A stretch of DNA of 63,655 nt, filler included, from Reclinomonas americana ATCC 50394 (GCA_048213135.1; 4 parts of 3 records of this genome joined end to end with filler, not necessarily neighbours in it); one strand, 5' to 3'; shown: positions 12,212-24,507, counted from the whole stretch's first letter. A program made the numbers and translations. Notes: generated from the sequence alone by a model not told the origin.

Positions 12212-14515
12212 ATGATGGCGAGTGTCGGGTTGCATGCGATTGTGCAACAGAGAACAGCGCCGGTGCATGGCGTTGTGTATTGTGTGCAGCTCACGGATTC
12301 GTGCAAGCATGCACTGGTGGGAACGTCGTTGGGGTATTTGCGGGCGATTGCGCTGAGTGATTGTTGTTGCGTGGAGGGAGGGAAAGGGAGGGAGAAGAGA
12401 GGGAGGGAGAGGGAGAAAGGGAGAGAAGAGACATTGAGTGATTATGAGAAACAGTGCAGAAGAGGAGAAGTTGTGAGAGAGCGAGTGTGTGTGTGAGAGA
12501 GAGAATGAGTGAGTGAGTGAGCGAGTGAGAGAGAGGAAAACCATGCATTCGATGGAAGGGCTCGTGAGAGGAAGCGACAGTGAATCGTGATGGACGGAGG
12601 AGAGTGAGAGTGAGAGAGTGTATGAGTGAGTAAGAACGAGAGAGGAGTGAGAATGAAAGAGAAAACAGAAATATGGGTGACTGTGAGGGAGTGCACGCAG
12701 AGGGAGATGCAGGTATTCGTGAAGAGAATGCTGCATATGCTATGCCTTTCCTCTGCTTCTGGCGTGTTGTCTCTCTATTTTTAGTGGAAACACGCCAAAA
12801 GGGCCCTCTCCCGTTCTCCTTTGCCTTCATGTGTTGTGCACATCTTTTTCATGTCTCGCCTCTTCTTATTCCACCTCCAGCAGCATGCCTCCCTCTTCAC
12901 CGACATATACTTCTCATTTTCCACGGGTTGTCTTTAACTTTTCTTTCATCGTTTCTCTTCACCACCTCTGTTGTTCTTCTTCATGTGTTGTCTTCTTTCC
13001 TCGTTCCTCTCCACCTCCAGCAGCAGCTGCCTCCCTCTGTTACTTTTCTTCGCCCACTTCTCCTCCATTCCTGTGTTGTCTTCTTTCTTGTTCCTCTCCA
13101 CCTTCAGCACAGCGCCAGTGCTGCCTCCGTCTTTCAACTGTTACTCTTCTTCGCCTTCTTCTCCTCCCTCACTTCCGTCCTTCCCCTGGATACTTTCGAT
13201 GCGCTTCCTCTCCTAGTGTTACAAAAGCCGAAAGTTGCAGAGAGCGCAGAGAGAAAAAGAAGGAAAGAAAGAGAGAGAAAGAGCGTGTGCGTGAGAGAGA
13301 GAGAGAGAGTTGGAGAGCTCCCGTTTTCATTACAGCAATATTCTTTCACTGTCGCCAACCACTCCCCTTGCCACTTTCTCTGTTGCGTCCTCTGCGACAA
13401 TCCTCGAGAGTCATCTCTTTACACTCATTGTCGGCCTTTGATGCATCCCTCGCCACCGGCGCTCGCCTCAAGCTCTCGCTTTCCCTTTTACCCACCCTCC
13501 CCCCTATCTCCCTTCCCCCCTTCTCGCAGTCCACCCCGCCGCTCCCACCCCTCTCCTCCCCAGCCTCGACCGCGTCTACGCCATCACCCGCCTCCCCGCG
13601 CACCCCCTAGCCCCCGACTGCACGGCCTTTCTGTGCTGCACCTCCAACTACCACGTGGTGGTGCTGACGGTGCACAACGAGAGCGGTGAGTCGCGCGTAC
13701 GCCTCGTGCAGGCCATCAAGGGCTTTTCGTGGCGCTCGGCGGCGTGTTCGGCGGACGGCGTGCACGTGGTGCTGACCGATGTGTACGGGCTGGTGCGACT
13801 GTACCGACTGGAGTGGCATGAAGGCGATGATGACGACGGTGTGACAGCGCAGCTGCACTTTGTCATGCGACTGCGCTACCGGTACACGTATCACTGCGGC
13901 ACGGTGCAGGTGCTGGTGGTCGGCGAGCGCGCCTTGGCGTTCACGTCGCAGGGCATGATTTTGGAGTGGACCGGCTGGCACTGTCGGGGCGGCAATCTGC
14001 AGTGCACGGCACGCCGCATGTATGCCGCCGACGCGCCGCAGCCGCCCATTACATGCGTGGCGGCCTCGCGCAGTGGGCGGTACGTGGCCGTCGGGAGCTA
14101 CCAACGCGTGGCGCTCTTTGATGTTGTCGCCGACACGACGTGGAGTCGTCCGCTGATCGACGCCGGCCCGGCGCGTCATGCGATGCGCGTGGAGGAGGTG
14201 CACTTTGTGCCGGACAGCGAGACCACGCTGATCTCCAAGTCGCGGTGGGAGATGGTGCTGTGGTCCGTGCCCGACATGGAGGCGTTGCGGGAGGTGCGGT
14301 TTCAGGCGGCGGTCGGGTTTGGGTTGAGCGTGGGGGTGCAGGCGGTCGATGGGCGGGTGCGGGTGGTGGGCGGCGGCTCGCTCGACTCGATCTTCAAGGC
14401 GGTGGTGGTGGACGCGCTGGCCTCAGTCAATCACGAGGTGAAGGTGGCGGAGGGGGCGGTGTGGGCGGTGGGCGAGTTGGTGGAGGAGGAGGCGGGGGGA
14501 GGAGGAGGATGGTGA
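12212..14515 (+). CDS. Divergent WD40-like beta-propeller protein (spliced; runs to the gap)
   Basis: Exon ~12212-12357 (VHGVVYCVQLTDSCKHALVGTSLGYLRAI) and exon ~13564-14515 (SAACSADGVHVVLTDVYGLVRLY; ITCVAASRSGRYVAVGSYQRVALFDV; VEEVHFVPDSETTLISKSRWEMVLWSV). Joining the two into one gene is inferred. Confidence 0.65.
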
Positions 14516-15481
14516 NNNNNNNNNNNNNNNNNNNNNNNNNNNNNNNNNNNNNNNNNNNNNNNNNNNNNNNNNNNNNNNNNNNNNNNNNNNNNNNNNNNNN
14601 NNNNNNNNNNNNNNNNNNNNNNNNNNNNNNNNNNNNNNNNNNNNNNNNNNNNNNNNNNNNNNNNNNNNNNNNNNNNNNNNNNNNNNNNNNNNNNNNNNNN
14701 NNNNNNNNNNNNNNNNNNNNNNNNNNNNNNNNNNNNNNNNNNNNNNNNNNNNNNNNNNNNNNNNNNNNNNNNNNNNNNNNNNNNNNNNNNNNNNNNNNNN
14801 NNNNNNNNNNNNNNNNNNNNNNNNNNNNNNNNNNNNNNNNNNNNNNNNNNNNNNNNNNNNNNNNNNNNNNNNNNNNNNNNNNNNNNNNNNNNNNNNNNNN
14901 NNNNNNNNNNNNNNNNNNNNNNNNNNNNNNNNNNNNNNNNNNNNNNNNNNNNNNNNNNNNNNNNNNNNNNNNNNNNNNNNNNNNNNNNNNNNNNNNNNNN
15001 NNNNNNNNNNNNNNNNNNNNNNNNNNNNNNNNNNNNNNNNNNNNNNNNNNNNNNNNNNNNNNNNNNNNNNNNNNNNNNNNNNNNNNNNNNNNNNNNNNNN
15101 NNNNNNNNNNNNNNNNNNNNNNNNNNNNNNNNNNNNNNNNNNNNNNNNNNNNNNNNNNNNNNNNNNNNNNNNNNNNNNNNNNNNNNNNNNNNNNNNNNNN
15201 NNNNNNNNNNNNNNNNNNNNNNNNNNNNNNNNNNNNNNNNNNNNNNNNNNNNNNNNNNNNNNNNNNNNNNNNNNNNNNNNNNNNNNNNNNNNNNNNNNNN
15301 NNNNNNNNNNNNNNNNNNNNNNNNNNNNNNNNNNNNNNNNNNNNNNNNNNNNNNNNNNNNNNNNNNNNNNNNNNNNNNNNNNNNNNNNNNNNNNNNNNNN
15401 NNNNNNNNNNNNNNNNNNNNNNNNNNNNNNNNNNNNNNNNNNNNNNNNNNNNNNNNNNNNNNNNNNNNNNNNNNNNNNNNN

Positions 15482-15521
<40 letters not shown>

Positions 15522-15954
15522 TGACGTTCATGCACGTGGGTGCCAGTGTTCCTCAAGCAGGATACGAGTGAGAGAGGGCCTGGCAGAGACTGGCTTGCTG
15601 GAGGTGCTGCAAAGGAAAGAGCTGCCGTGAGCGGGGCAACAGCAATTGTTGACGAGGCGAAGGAGTTCACAGATGACGCCTATCATGGGTTTCGCAAGCA
15701 GGTCGGCAGTGGGAGAGGAAGCAGAATCAGTGACAAGGGAGCGGAGAAGAAAAGTGCTCGCCTGGTCGGAGAGGATCGGCCAGGCAGGGTTCTCAAACAA
15801 GTCGAAGCATAGAAGCTTTTCGGAACTGCGCAGGAAGAAGGTGAGCAGAAGAGGTGTGATGACTTCTCCTGCATATTGGTCGCCAGAGAGAACGAGCGCG
15901 CGCGAGAGAGGAGAGAAACCGTCACGCTTGCAGCAACTGTTCAAGTATGGAGCG

Positions 15955-16430
15955 CAAATGTGCATCTGTTTAGAAAGGCGAGGAGGGAGGGGTAGAAGGG
16001 GAGGAGGAAGGGGGAAGGGAGAGGGGGAACAAACAGCAATAGTGCGAAGGTGGCCCCAGACACCAGTGTTTCTCAAGCATGATACTGTAACAGTGCGCGA
16101 GGGGGCATGTGCATCTGTTATTAGAAAAGGCGAGGAGGGAGAGGGAAGGGAGGTAAAATGGGAAGCAGAAGGCCGGGTGAAGGCAACAAAGCTACAGAGC
16201 GAAGGTGGCGCAAGGCAACAGTGATTCTCAAGCACGATAACAGCTGAGTAAGAGAGCACGTGTATCTGTTTTGAAAGGCGAGGAGGGAAAGGGAAGGGAG
16301 GTAGAATGGGAAACAGAAGGAAGTGGAAGAGGAGAGAATGCAAAAAAAGACGACAGAGCGAAGGTGGCGCCACCAGTGATTCTCAAGCACGATAACAGCT
16401 GAGCAAGGGAGCATGTCTATCTGATTGGAA
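15955..16430. repeat. Imperfect tandem repeat, ~155-bp period, about 3 copies
   Basis: Recurring GCGAAGGTGGC...CAGTG(A/T)TTCTCAAGCA(C/T)GATA...(A/G)TCTGTTT..GAAAGGCGAGGAGGG. A partial copy lies near 15540. Confidence 0.7.
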
Positions 16431-16726
16431 AAGTGCAGAGCAGAGGAGAATAGTACCAGAGAAGAGCCAGAGACTGCATCGTGCGAAAAAAACGACCGAC
16501 TCACTCGCAGAGATGCTGGACGCATCAGCGGCGAGAGGCGCGTTTGCCAGTCCCGCAACAGGAGACAAAGACTGCAAACAAGTTCGGCGCACCATGTATC
16601 TCGACGAGGACGAGGAGAAAACTAGAAGCCAACAGGCAAAGCCACCCCTCCAGTTGGTTAAACATGGGTGAAGACTGTCTGTATTCACGCAGCTGCCTGC
16701 CTTACGCACCCTTCTCCTCTTCATTG

Positions 16727-18634
16727 TCACTCTTTCCCGCCTCGTCTCTGCGGCGAGGTGCCGACTGCAGACGTGCATCCAGTGAGAAACACCGAGGTCA
16801 AACAGAGGGAACCCCACAAAGAAGAGCAGACCTTGCGCGCGTCGCAGCTGGGAGATCAGTCGATCTCTCTCCTCCAGCTGCTGCCGCAGCTGCGCCACCA
16901 CGGCATCGTGCTCCCGTTGCCGCTGCTCGCGCTCCTGTTTCGCCGTGTCCAGGTCGCGTTGGAGTTGAGCGATGAGTGCGTCCTTGTCGACAGCCTGCGA
17001 CGTGTAGGCAAAGTGAGAAACGCAGACAAGAGAAAATGAGAAGATTTGCAACGTTTTGCCCTTCTTCTGTCTTTGACCTTCTTCTGTCTCTGTTTGCCCT
17101 TGGTCTGTCTCTCCTTGCCCTTGTTCCCTCTCTCTTTGCCCTTGTTCTGTCTCTCTTTGCCCTTGTCCCCTCTCTCTTTGCCCTTGTTCCCTCTCTCTTT
17201 GCCCCTCTTCTGTCTCTGTTTGCCCTTGTTCTGTCTCTGTTTGCCCTTGTTCTGTCTCTCTTTGCCCTTGTTCCCCTTCTCTTTGCCCTTCTTCCGTCTC
17301 TCCTTGCCCTTGTTCTGTCTCTCCTTGCCCATCTTCTGTCTCTCCTTGCCCTTGTTCCCTCTCTCTTTGCCCTTTTTCTGTCTCTGCGTGCGCATGTTCA
17401 GTCTCTCTTTGCCCCTCTTCTGTCTCCGTTTGCCCTTGTTCTGTCTCTCCTTGCCCTTGTTCTGTCTCTGTTTGCCCTTGTTCTGTCTCTCTTTGCCCTT
17501 GTTCCCTCTCTTTGCCCTTGTTCCCTCTCTTTGCCCCTCTTCTGTCTCTGCTTGTCCTTCTTCTGTCTCTGTTTGCCCCTGTTCCCTCTCTCTTTGCCCT
17601 TCTTCTGTCTTTGCCCTTCTTCTGTCTCTCTTTGCCCTTGCTCCCACTCTCTTTGCCCTTCTTCTGTCTCTGTTTGCTCTTGGTCTGTCTCAGTTTGCCC
17701 TTCTTCTGTCTTTGACCTTCTTCTGTCTCTGTTTGCCCTTGGTCTGTCTCTCTTTGCCCTTCTTCTGTCTCTCTTTGCCCTTGTTCTGTCTCTCTTTGCC
17801 CTTGTGTTGTCTCACCGGCGCCGGCTTTGCATCCCCGCCCAAAGAGAGGAGATCCTTCCCCTCTGCCGCCGCCGCACCGAGCCGCTCGAGCAACTCGGCC
17901 ACCCTCTTCGCGCCCCCNNNNNNNNNNNNNNNNNNNNNNNNNNNNNNNNNNNNNNNNNNNNTTAATTAATTAANNNNNNNNNNNNNNNNNNNNNNNNNNN
18001 NNNNNNNNNNNNNNNNNATCCCTCGCCCTCTGCGCCGCCGTCTTGCCATTCGCATTCACCAGCGGAATCAGGTCGGGAAAGCGCGTGGCCAGGTACAGCA
18101 CCGTGTTTTCGTGCCCATAGCCGGCCGCAAAGTGCAGCGCACTGGACCGCACATTCTCCGAGTTCGGGTAGGCGGTGGTGAGTGCGCGCGCCATTGCCGG
18201 CGTGCAGCGTCGCGGGTCGGCGAGCAACCACTCGACCAATTCCAGGTGCCCGTTGTAGGCCGCCACCATGAGTGGCGTCTGGCCGTCGTCGGTGAGCGTA
18301 TGTGCGAGCTGCTCGCCGACTCCGCTCTCCTCCCACAGATAGTCGAGGACGTGGCGTTGGTTGTTGGCGGCGGCGTGGTAAAAGGCGGTGCCGCCGCCTG
18401 TGCACATTTCTTCGCGGGTGAGGAGGCACTTGGCGGTGGAGCGGGCGACGAGGGTGCGGAGGGAGGGGAGGTCGCCGTCGTAGGCGAGTTTGTAGGCCTC
18501 CATTCGTGGGGGGGGGGGGGGGGTGGGTGGAGGAGGGGGAAGGGATGAGAGGGGAGGGAGAGTGGGGGAGTGGGAGAGGTGAAGAGAGTGAGAGAGACTC
18601 ACTTGGCGTCGGGGTCGACGGAGTCGAGGGCCAT
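16727..18634 (-). CDS. Ankyrin-repeat plus coiled-coil protein (kinase-less paralogue of the neighbour), split by an assembly linker
   Basis: ANK motifs TAFYHAAANNQ, GQTPLMVAAYNGHLELVEWLL, SALHFAAGYGHENTV, GKTAAQRARD. The frame resumes across the linker as GAKRVAELLERL, then a coiled-coil exon DKDALIAQLQRDL. Start and final exon are tentative. Confidence 0.75.
17055..17810. repeat. ~21-bp intronic minisatellite (TTGCCCTTGTTCTGTCTCTCT)n
   Basis: More than 30 degenerate tandem units inside an intron of the ankyrin gene. Confidence 0.9.
17962..17973. other. Artificial six-frame-stop linker TTAATTAATTAA in a 100-nt N gap (also 29902-29913 and 58383-58394)
   Basis: Identical 12-mer centred in N runs at three places. 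Confidence 0.95.
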
Positions 18635-18802
18635 CTGTCTGTACATTGCTGCGGTGGTGGGTGGGTGGTGAGTGCGTGGAGGGAGAGAGATTGGATAGTT
18701 TGTAGACAGTATTTGCTGGCGGCGGAATGACAAAGACGCCGTGGCGGTGAGCGAATGAAGGAGCGCGTTGCGTGGACCTGTTTACTTAAGTTCCGAAGTA
18801 AA

Positions 18803-21678
18803 CTACTCACACTCCTCGCGAATGGCCTGCAACCTCTCGAGCACCTCCTGTGCCGACGGTCGGTTATATCGCAGACTCATGCAGCGCATGCCGAGCTCAA
18901 ACATCGCTTCGGCGACGCGCGGTGTCCACTTGAGCTCCGCTCCACTGTCCACCAACTCCATGACGCGCAGCGCGGCAGATGAGTCGTCCCATTTCATAGA
19001 CCACTCGCCCAGCATCGCCACGGGTTTCCCGGTGACCAACTGCATCAGCACGACACCGAGGCTGTACACATCGTTCTTGGGCTGTGGGCGTCTTGTGCGC
19101 AAGGCCAGCGGGTCCATGTAGTCATAGTTGCCGACGACGGTAGTGGTCTACCACAAGAAACTGTGAGAGGTCGAGAAAGAGTGGGCAAGAGATATGCTGA
19201 GAATCAACAAACCTTGATGCCACTATCGATCGACGGCGCACTTCCATAATCAGCAAGACACGGCTCGCAGCGGTCATCGACAAGCACGTTGGAGGGCTTG
19301 ATGTCGCGGTGCAGCACATCGTTCTGCGAGGTAGGTGAGGATATGCAGGAGACTCACCAGGCAACCACGTCGAACACAAACCTTGTGTAGAAATGCCACG
19401 GCCTCAGCCAGTCCGAGACCAATCTGCACACGCTGTACGACGGAGAGTGGTACACGACCGGCACGAAGCAGCAACAGATCCTCAAGGTTTGAAACTCTGT
19501 ATGCTTCCATAGTGAGACGGTGCCGGTGGAAAGGAGGAGAGAGATGGGCACGCACTGAAGGGCCTTGTACACGAGACAGCGAGTCTTATCGTCGCCCACC
19601 GAATAACCGACAAGGGGAACAATGCGACGATTGCGCAGACGTCCGAGGATGGCCACCTAAGAGGAGAAAAAGATGAGGAAGAGTGAGAGAGAAGGGGAAA
19701 CAGGAGAGGGAAGAGACACAAACCTCACTCTCAAACGACTCCATCGTCCATGGTGCCTCGGGATCAAGCACTTTGATGGCCACGTGCATTTCGCGAAGCA
19801 GAGTGATGAACACGGCACTCTGACCACCCTCGACGACCTTGAGGCGTGAAGAGAACGAATCGGTGGCTCGCACAATCTCGGGCCACGCGAAGCGGTGCAC
19901 TACAGTGTCTACTATGGAATGTCGGAGAAGTGAGCACGGGGAGTCAATGATTGGAGTAGAAAAAACAGTATTTGGACAGCGAGGCAGATGCAGACCTTGA
20001 GCGAGGAGGAGTTCCTGTCGGAGCTGGGAGACGAGAGCGGTAAGGTCGTCCTTGTCACGCATTGCTACAGTCAGCTGGGAGGCGATTCGATCTCGCTCGG
20101 CTTGCAGTTGGCCGCTGCTTTGTTGTAACTGGATTGCAACATTCTCATGCGCCCGCCACCGTCGCTCCCACTCTCCAAGCAGCTGATCGCGCTCTTGCCA
20201 TGCAGCTGCAAGATCGCTCTGGAGGTGGGCAATGAGTGCGTCCTTTTCGGCAACCAGGCTGGTTGCAGCGCTCCTGTCGTAACCCGCCTGTACAGCAGCG
20301 ATTCGAGCACTCTGTTAGAAATAGACGCTCAAAAGCGAAAGCAAGTCTCTCACCTGTCGAGGAGGCACCAGCTTCTCACGCAGTTTGCTCAGTACTAATT
20401 GAACACTCTCTGCTGTTGGACGCTCCTCCCCAAACGGCGACATGCTGCTGACCAGAGACTGCTCAAGTTCCTCAAGCATCCGAGTACGAATATGCAGCTC
20501 CATATCGCGTTGGAGTTGCATTCTTCGCTCCTGCTCATCGGCCAAATTACGCCGCAACTCCGCGTTTGCTTGTTGTAACTGGTACACAATGTCATCGTGC
20601 ACCACTCGCTGTCGCTCCCATTCTTGCTGCTGCTGCTGTCGCTCCAACTGCGCGGCAGCGAGATCGCGCTGGAGTTCGGCGTTGATTGCTTCCATTTCGG
20701 CGAGCCGACGCGCCATGACAGCGGCATCGACAGCCGCCTGCATGATGGCGAACGCAAGTCAAACACAACAAACAATATCCAGCAGCAGGCGTACACGTGC
20801 GTCAGCGAAGTTTCTGACCTGGCGAGACCCCTCATCGGTTTTCGCTGGGGACGTTGAATGCAGTCAATCATCAGAAGCGCACATGGCGGCGGCTTATTGA
20901 TAGTACCTGACGATGCGGCCGTGGACGGTGTAGAAAAATCCGATTTTGGTAGACGTGGTGGCGGCTGTGCAGCGAGGCGATCAAGCAACTCAGCGATTTG
21001 CTGCTTGCCTTTGGCACGTGCTACCGCTGCCGCAGTTTTACCACGCTTGTTGACCATGGGAATGAGACTGGGATAGCAAGTGGCGAGGAGTCGTACAATG
21101 GCCTCGCGCCCACCCATGGAAGCGTAGTGCAGTGCGGTGGACTGCGGATTGCCGGCACGATCATTTGTAGCAGCCAGCACAGTCTCCGGTGGACATCGTC
21201 GCTTATCGGCAAGCAACCACTCCACTACTTGCAGTTGCCCACTGTTGGCGGCCGCGATCAGTGGCGTCCGGCCACTGTCGTCGACTAATTGTGCGAGTTG
21301 TGGCCCGACACCACTCTCCTCCCACAAGTACTCCAACACGGAGAGATTACCCATCGCAGCGGCAAAGTGAAATGCCGACCAACCGTATGAGTCCATCTCC
21401 GCACTCTTGAGCAAAGTGAGTGCACCCTCACGAGCCACCAGCTCGCGCAGTGCCTTCACATCGCCGTCTTTCCCCAGCTCCCATACTTTCTTCCTCTGCT
21501 GTTGGCTGACGGCGTGGCACAATAAGCAAGTGTTAGGTGAAAATTGATCAATGCACACACACTCTCACACACTCACTCACTCTCCTTCTCTCTCTCTCAC
21601 ACACACACACATGCACGCACACACGCACACAGACTCGCACACATGCACACTCTCTCAGCAATCACAAACCCACCTCAT
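18803..21678 (-). CDS. Ankyrin repeats + coiled coils + IRAK/Pelle/RLK-like (TKL) protein kinase, ~9 exons
   Basis: ANK exon 21505-20907. The kinase splices to RFAWPEIVRATDSFS..VVEGGQSAVF..VAIKVL..FESEVAILGRLRNRRIVPLVGY..CLVY..RVQIGLGLAEAVAFLH..VLHRDIKPSNVLVD..LADYG..VVGNYDYMDP..KNDVYSLGVVLMQLVTGKP..RPSAQEV. Confidence 0.85.
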
Positions 21679-22159
21679 TTTTTATGTCGCGACTGAGCAA
21701 ACAACGCCAGCCCCCACTACTCCTCTCCCCCTCTCTTACACGCCTCACTGCGTCTTCTCTTCCCTCCTCCGTCCGTCCCTGGTTGTGTGAACGCCGTGTC
21801 CTGTTCCGCGGCGGACAACACGACCCCGCCATCGCACTGCGACGACGTGAATCTTTTCCCTTCCCCACTGTTTCTTCACCCTGTTGCTTCACATAGCATG
21901 TTTTGTTGCAGCTGCTATCATCTACCACGCCAAGACTTTATCCTCTGCTTTGTCGTGTTCGGTGGCGGACTGACACTTGCATTCGCATGCCTTGGATTGT
22001 CTGTCGTGTGGGCTTACACTGACAAGAAAACGCACAGATGAGCCGCACTCGACATCACACACTCGTTTCTCGCCCGCCAGAACGCCATGTACGTCTCCCT
22101 TTACTCCCTTTCTCCCTTCCCCCCCCCCCCCCAACCTCACCCCCTCTCCCCCCCCTCAG

Positions 22160-24507
22160 GGACGCCCTCACCCTCGCCCTCGCCAACCCCTGCCTCCTCC
22201 CCGACGGCGCTCTCGTGCACGTGATCATCGAAGCCGACGACCGCCACGGCGGCCTCTGCTACCTCTCCACCTCCTGCGCCGACCCGCGTCTCGTTCCTCT
22301 CCGCCTGCAAGACCAGTACTGCCTGGTGCTCCTCCGCCACCCCGACCCCGTGCGCTCCGTGTTCCGCCTGCGCAAGTACCGCAACGATGACAGCACAACG
22401 ACGACGTTTGCGCTCGAGAACCTCGGCGGCGCGTGCATTTCTCCGACCGTGGACGGTGGGTGGGTGTGTCGCCCCGATGGCAATCTGGCGCACTGCTGGG
22501 AGCGCCTGCTGTGGTTCCAAGAGCAGCAGCACGGCGGCATCATTTGCAGCAGCTTCTCGCGTGATCGCGGCTGTTGTTTGGCCGCCAAGGACGACGGCAG
22601 TGTGGAGTGGCACGATCGCGAGCGTGAGGGAGACGAGGAGATGGCGCGCAAGCGACAGTGGCGAGTGGAGCTGGCGGCGGTGCCGTGCATCGACATTTCC
22701 GGCCTGCTGGAGGTGGAGGAGGTGATTGTGGAGACGGCGGCGCCCGACGAGTGTTTCCGTGCTCTTCACAATGCTGTTCACCAGAAGCATGACGAAAGGC
22801 AATATCGAAGGCCAGCGAAATTTCGAAAAAAGTCCAGCCTTCACTCACACTGGCACACTCACATGGAGCGCCCAGTAGGTCGCCAAGGCAGTCGCGCACA
22901 GTCTGCCAAGAGTGTGAGCGTAATAGGCGGCGCAGGAGAAGGCTCTGACCGTTCTTCCCCTCACATTACTGAGGAAGGCGATGAAGACTCCATGGTTGTT
23001 GCTGTTGCTCCCAAGACCGACCTTGGTGACACGGTTCCGCGTGGAGGAAAGAGCGAATAGGCACGAGAAAACAAGCAAAGTCCGACTTCGAGAACCAGGC
23101 GCAAAACCGGATCCGGATATGCAAATCGCAAACAACACAAGGCAAACCGCAATTACAGAAGCTCATATCTCAACTCAAACTACATCATACGCTCTTTACA
23201 ATATCTCCGGCAAAAGTGTCTTGTGTGCTGGCAATATCGAAGGCCAGCGAAATTTCGAAAAAAACGTCCAGCCTTCACTCACACTGGCACACTCACAATG
23301 GAGCGCCCAGTAGGTCGCCAAGGCAGTCGCGCAAAATCCGCAAAGAGCACTTCAGCATTAGGCGGCACTGGAGAAGGCTCTGATCGCTCCTCTCCTCACA
23401 TTACTGAGGACGGCGATGAAGATATCACTGTCAGTGCTGTTGTTGCTCCCAAGACCGACCTTGGTGACACGGTTCCGCGAGGAGGAAAGAGTGAATAGGC
23501 ACGAGAAAATAAGCGAAGTCCGACTTTGTATGCGCAGCGAGAACAAATTGCAAAACTGGATCCGGATCTGCAAATCGTCAAACAAAAGGCAAACTGCAAT
23601 TCCAGAAACTCATAACTCTTCACGATCTACATCATACGCTCTTCACAATTTCTCCGGCAAAAGTGTCTTGCGTGCTGGCAATATCGAAAGCAAATGAAAT
23701 TTCGAAAAAAACGTCGTGATCGTCCAACCTTCACTGACACTCACAATGGAGCGCCCAGTAGGTCGCCAAGGCAGTCGCGCACAATCCGCAAAGAGTGTGA
23801 GCGTAATAGGCGGCACAGGAGAAGGCTCTGACCGTTCTTCTCCTCACATTACTGAGGAAGGCGATGAAGACACGATGGCTGTTGTTGTTGCTCCCAAGAC
23901 CGACCTTGGTGACACGGTTCCGCGTAGAGGAAAGAGTGAGTAGAAGTGAGAAAGACAAGCGAAGTCCGACTTCGAGAACCATGAATATGCACAAAACTGG
24001 ATCCGCAGATCGCAAGCAAAAGGCAAACTGCAATTGCAGAAGCTCGTATCTCGCCACAAAGTACATCACGCGCTCTTCACAATATCTCCCACAGAAGTGT
24101 TTGCCAGCAGGCAATATCGAAATGTGAGTGAAATTTCGAAAAAACGTCCAGCCTTCACTCACACAGGCACACTCACAATGGAGCGCCCAGTAGGTCGCCA
24201 AGGCAGTCGCGCACAGTCTGCCAAGAGTGTGAGCGTAATAGGAAGTGGTGACAGTGATCGCTCCTCTCCTCTTGTGGCCACTGAGGAAGGCGATGAAGAC
24301 ACGATGGTTGTTGCTCCCAAGACCGACCTTGGTGACACGGTTCCGCGAGGAGGAAAGAGTGAGGTGAATGTGAGTGGATTGAGTGGAGGCTTGGGAGTGG
24401 AGGTGGTGGCGCCTCCGCGGTCAAAGAGTCATTCGGCGGTGCCTGGGAGGAGAAGAGCAGCTGCGCAGGCGCAGGCGGGCAAGGCTAGTGTGGAGGTGAG
24501 TGTGTGA
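22160..24507 (+). CDS. Fascin-like (beta-trefoil) domain protein with four tandemly duplicated Ser/acidic exons; 5' end uncertain
   Basis: The exon from 22160 shows the beta-trefoil pattern (FALENLGGACISPTVDGGWVC; HCWERLLW; RGCCLAAKDDGSVEW). Repeat exons are 22876-23052, 23311-23490, 23759-23935 and 24191-24507. Confidence 0.6.
22760..24360 (+). repeat. Four tandem ~435-bp exon+intron cassettes
   Basis: ATGGAGCGCCCAGTAGGTCGCCAAGGCAGTCGCGC ... CCCAAGACCGACCTTGGTGACACGGTTCCGCG recurs at ~22863, 23298, 23746 and 24178. Confidence 0.95.

Noticed and set aside
16856..17810. KGKERQN heptad-repeat ORF
   Set aside because: It is a 21-bp intronic minisatellite between a GTGAGA donor and the coiled-coil exon.
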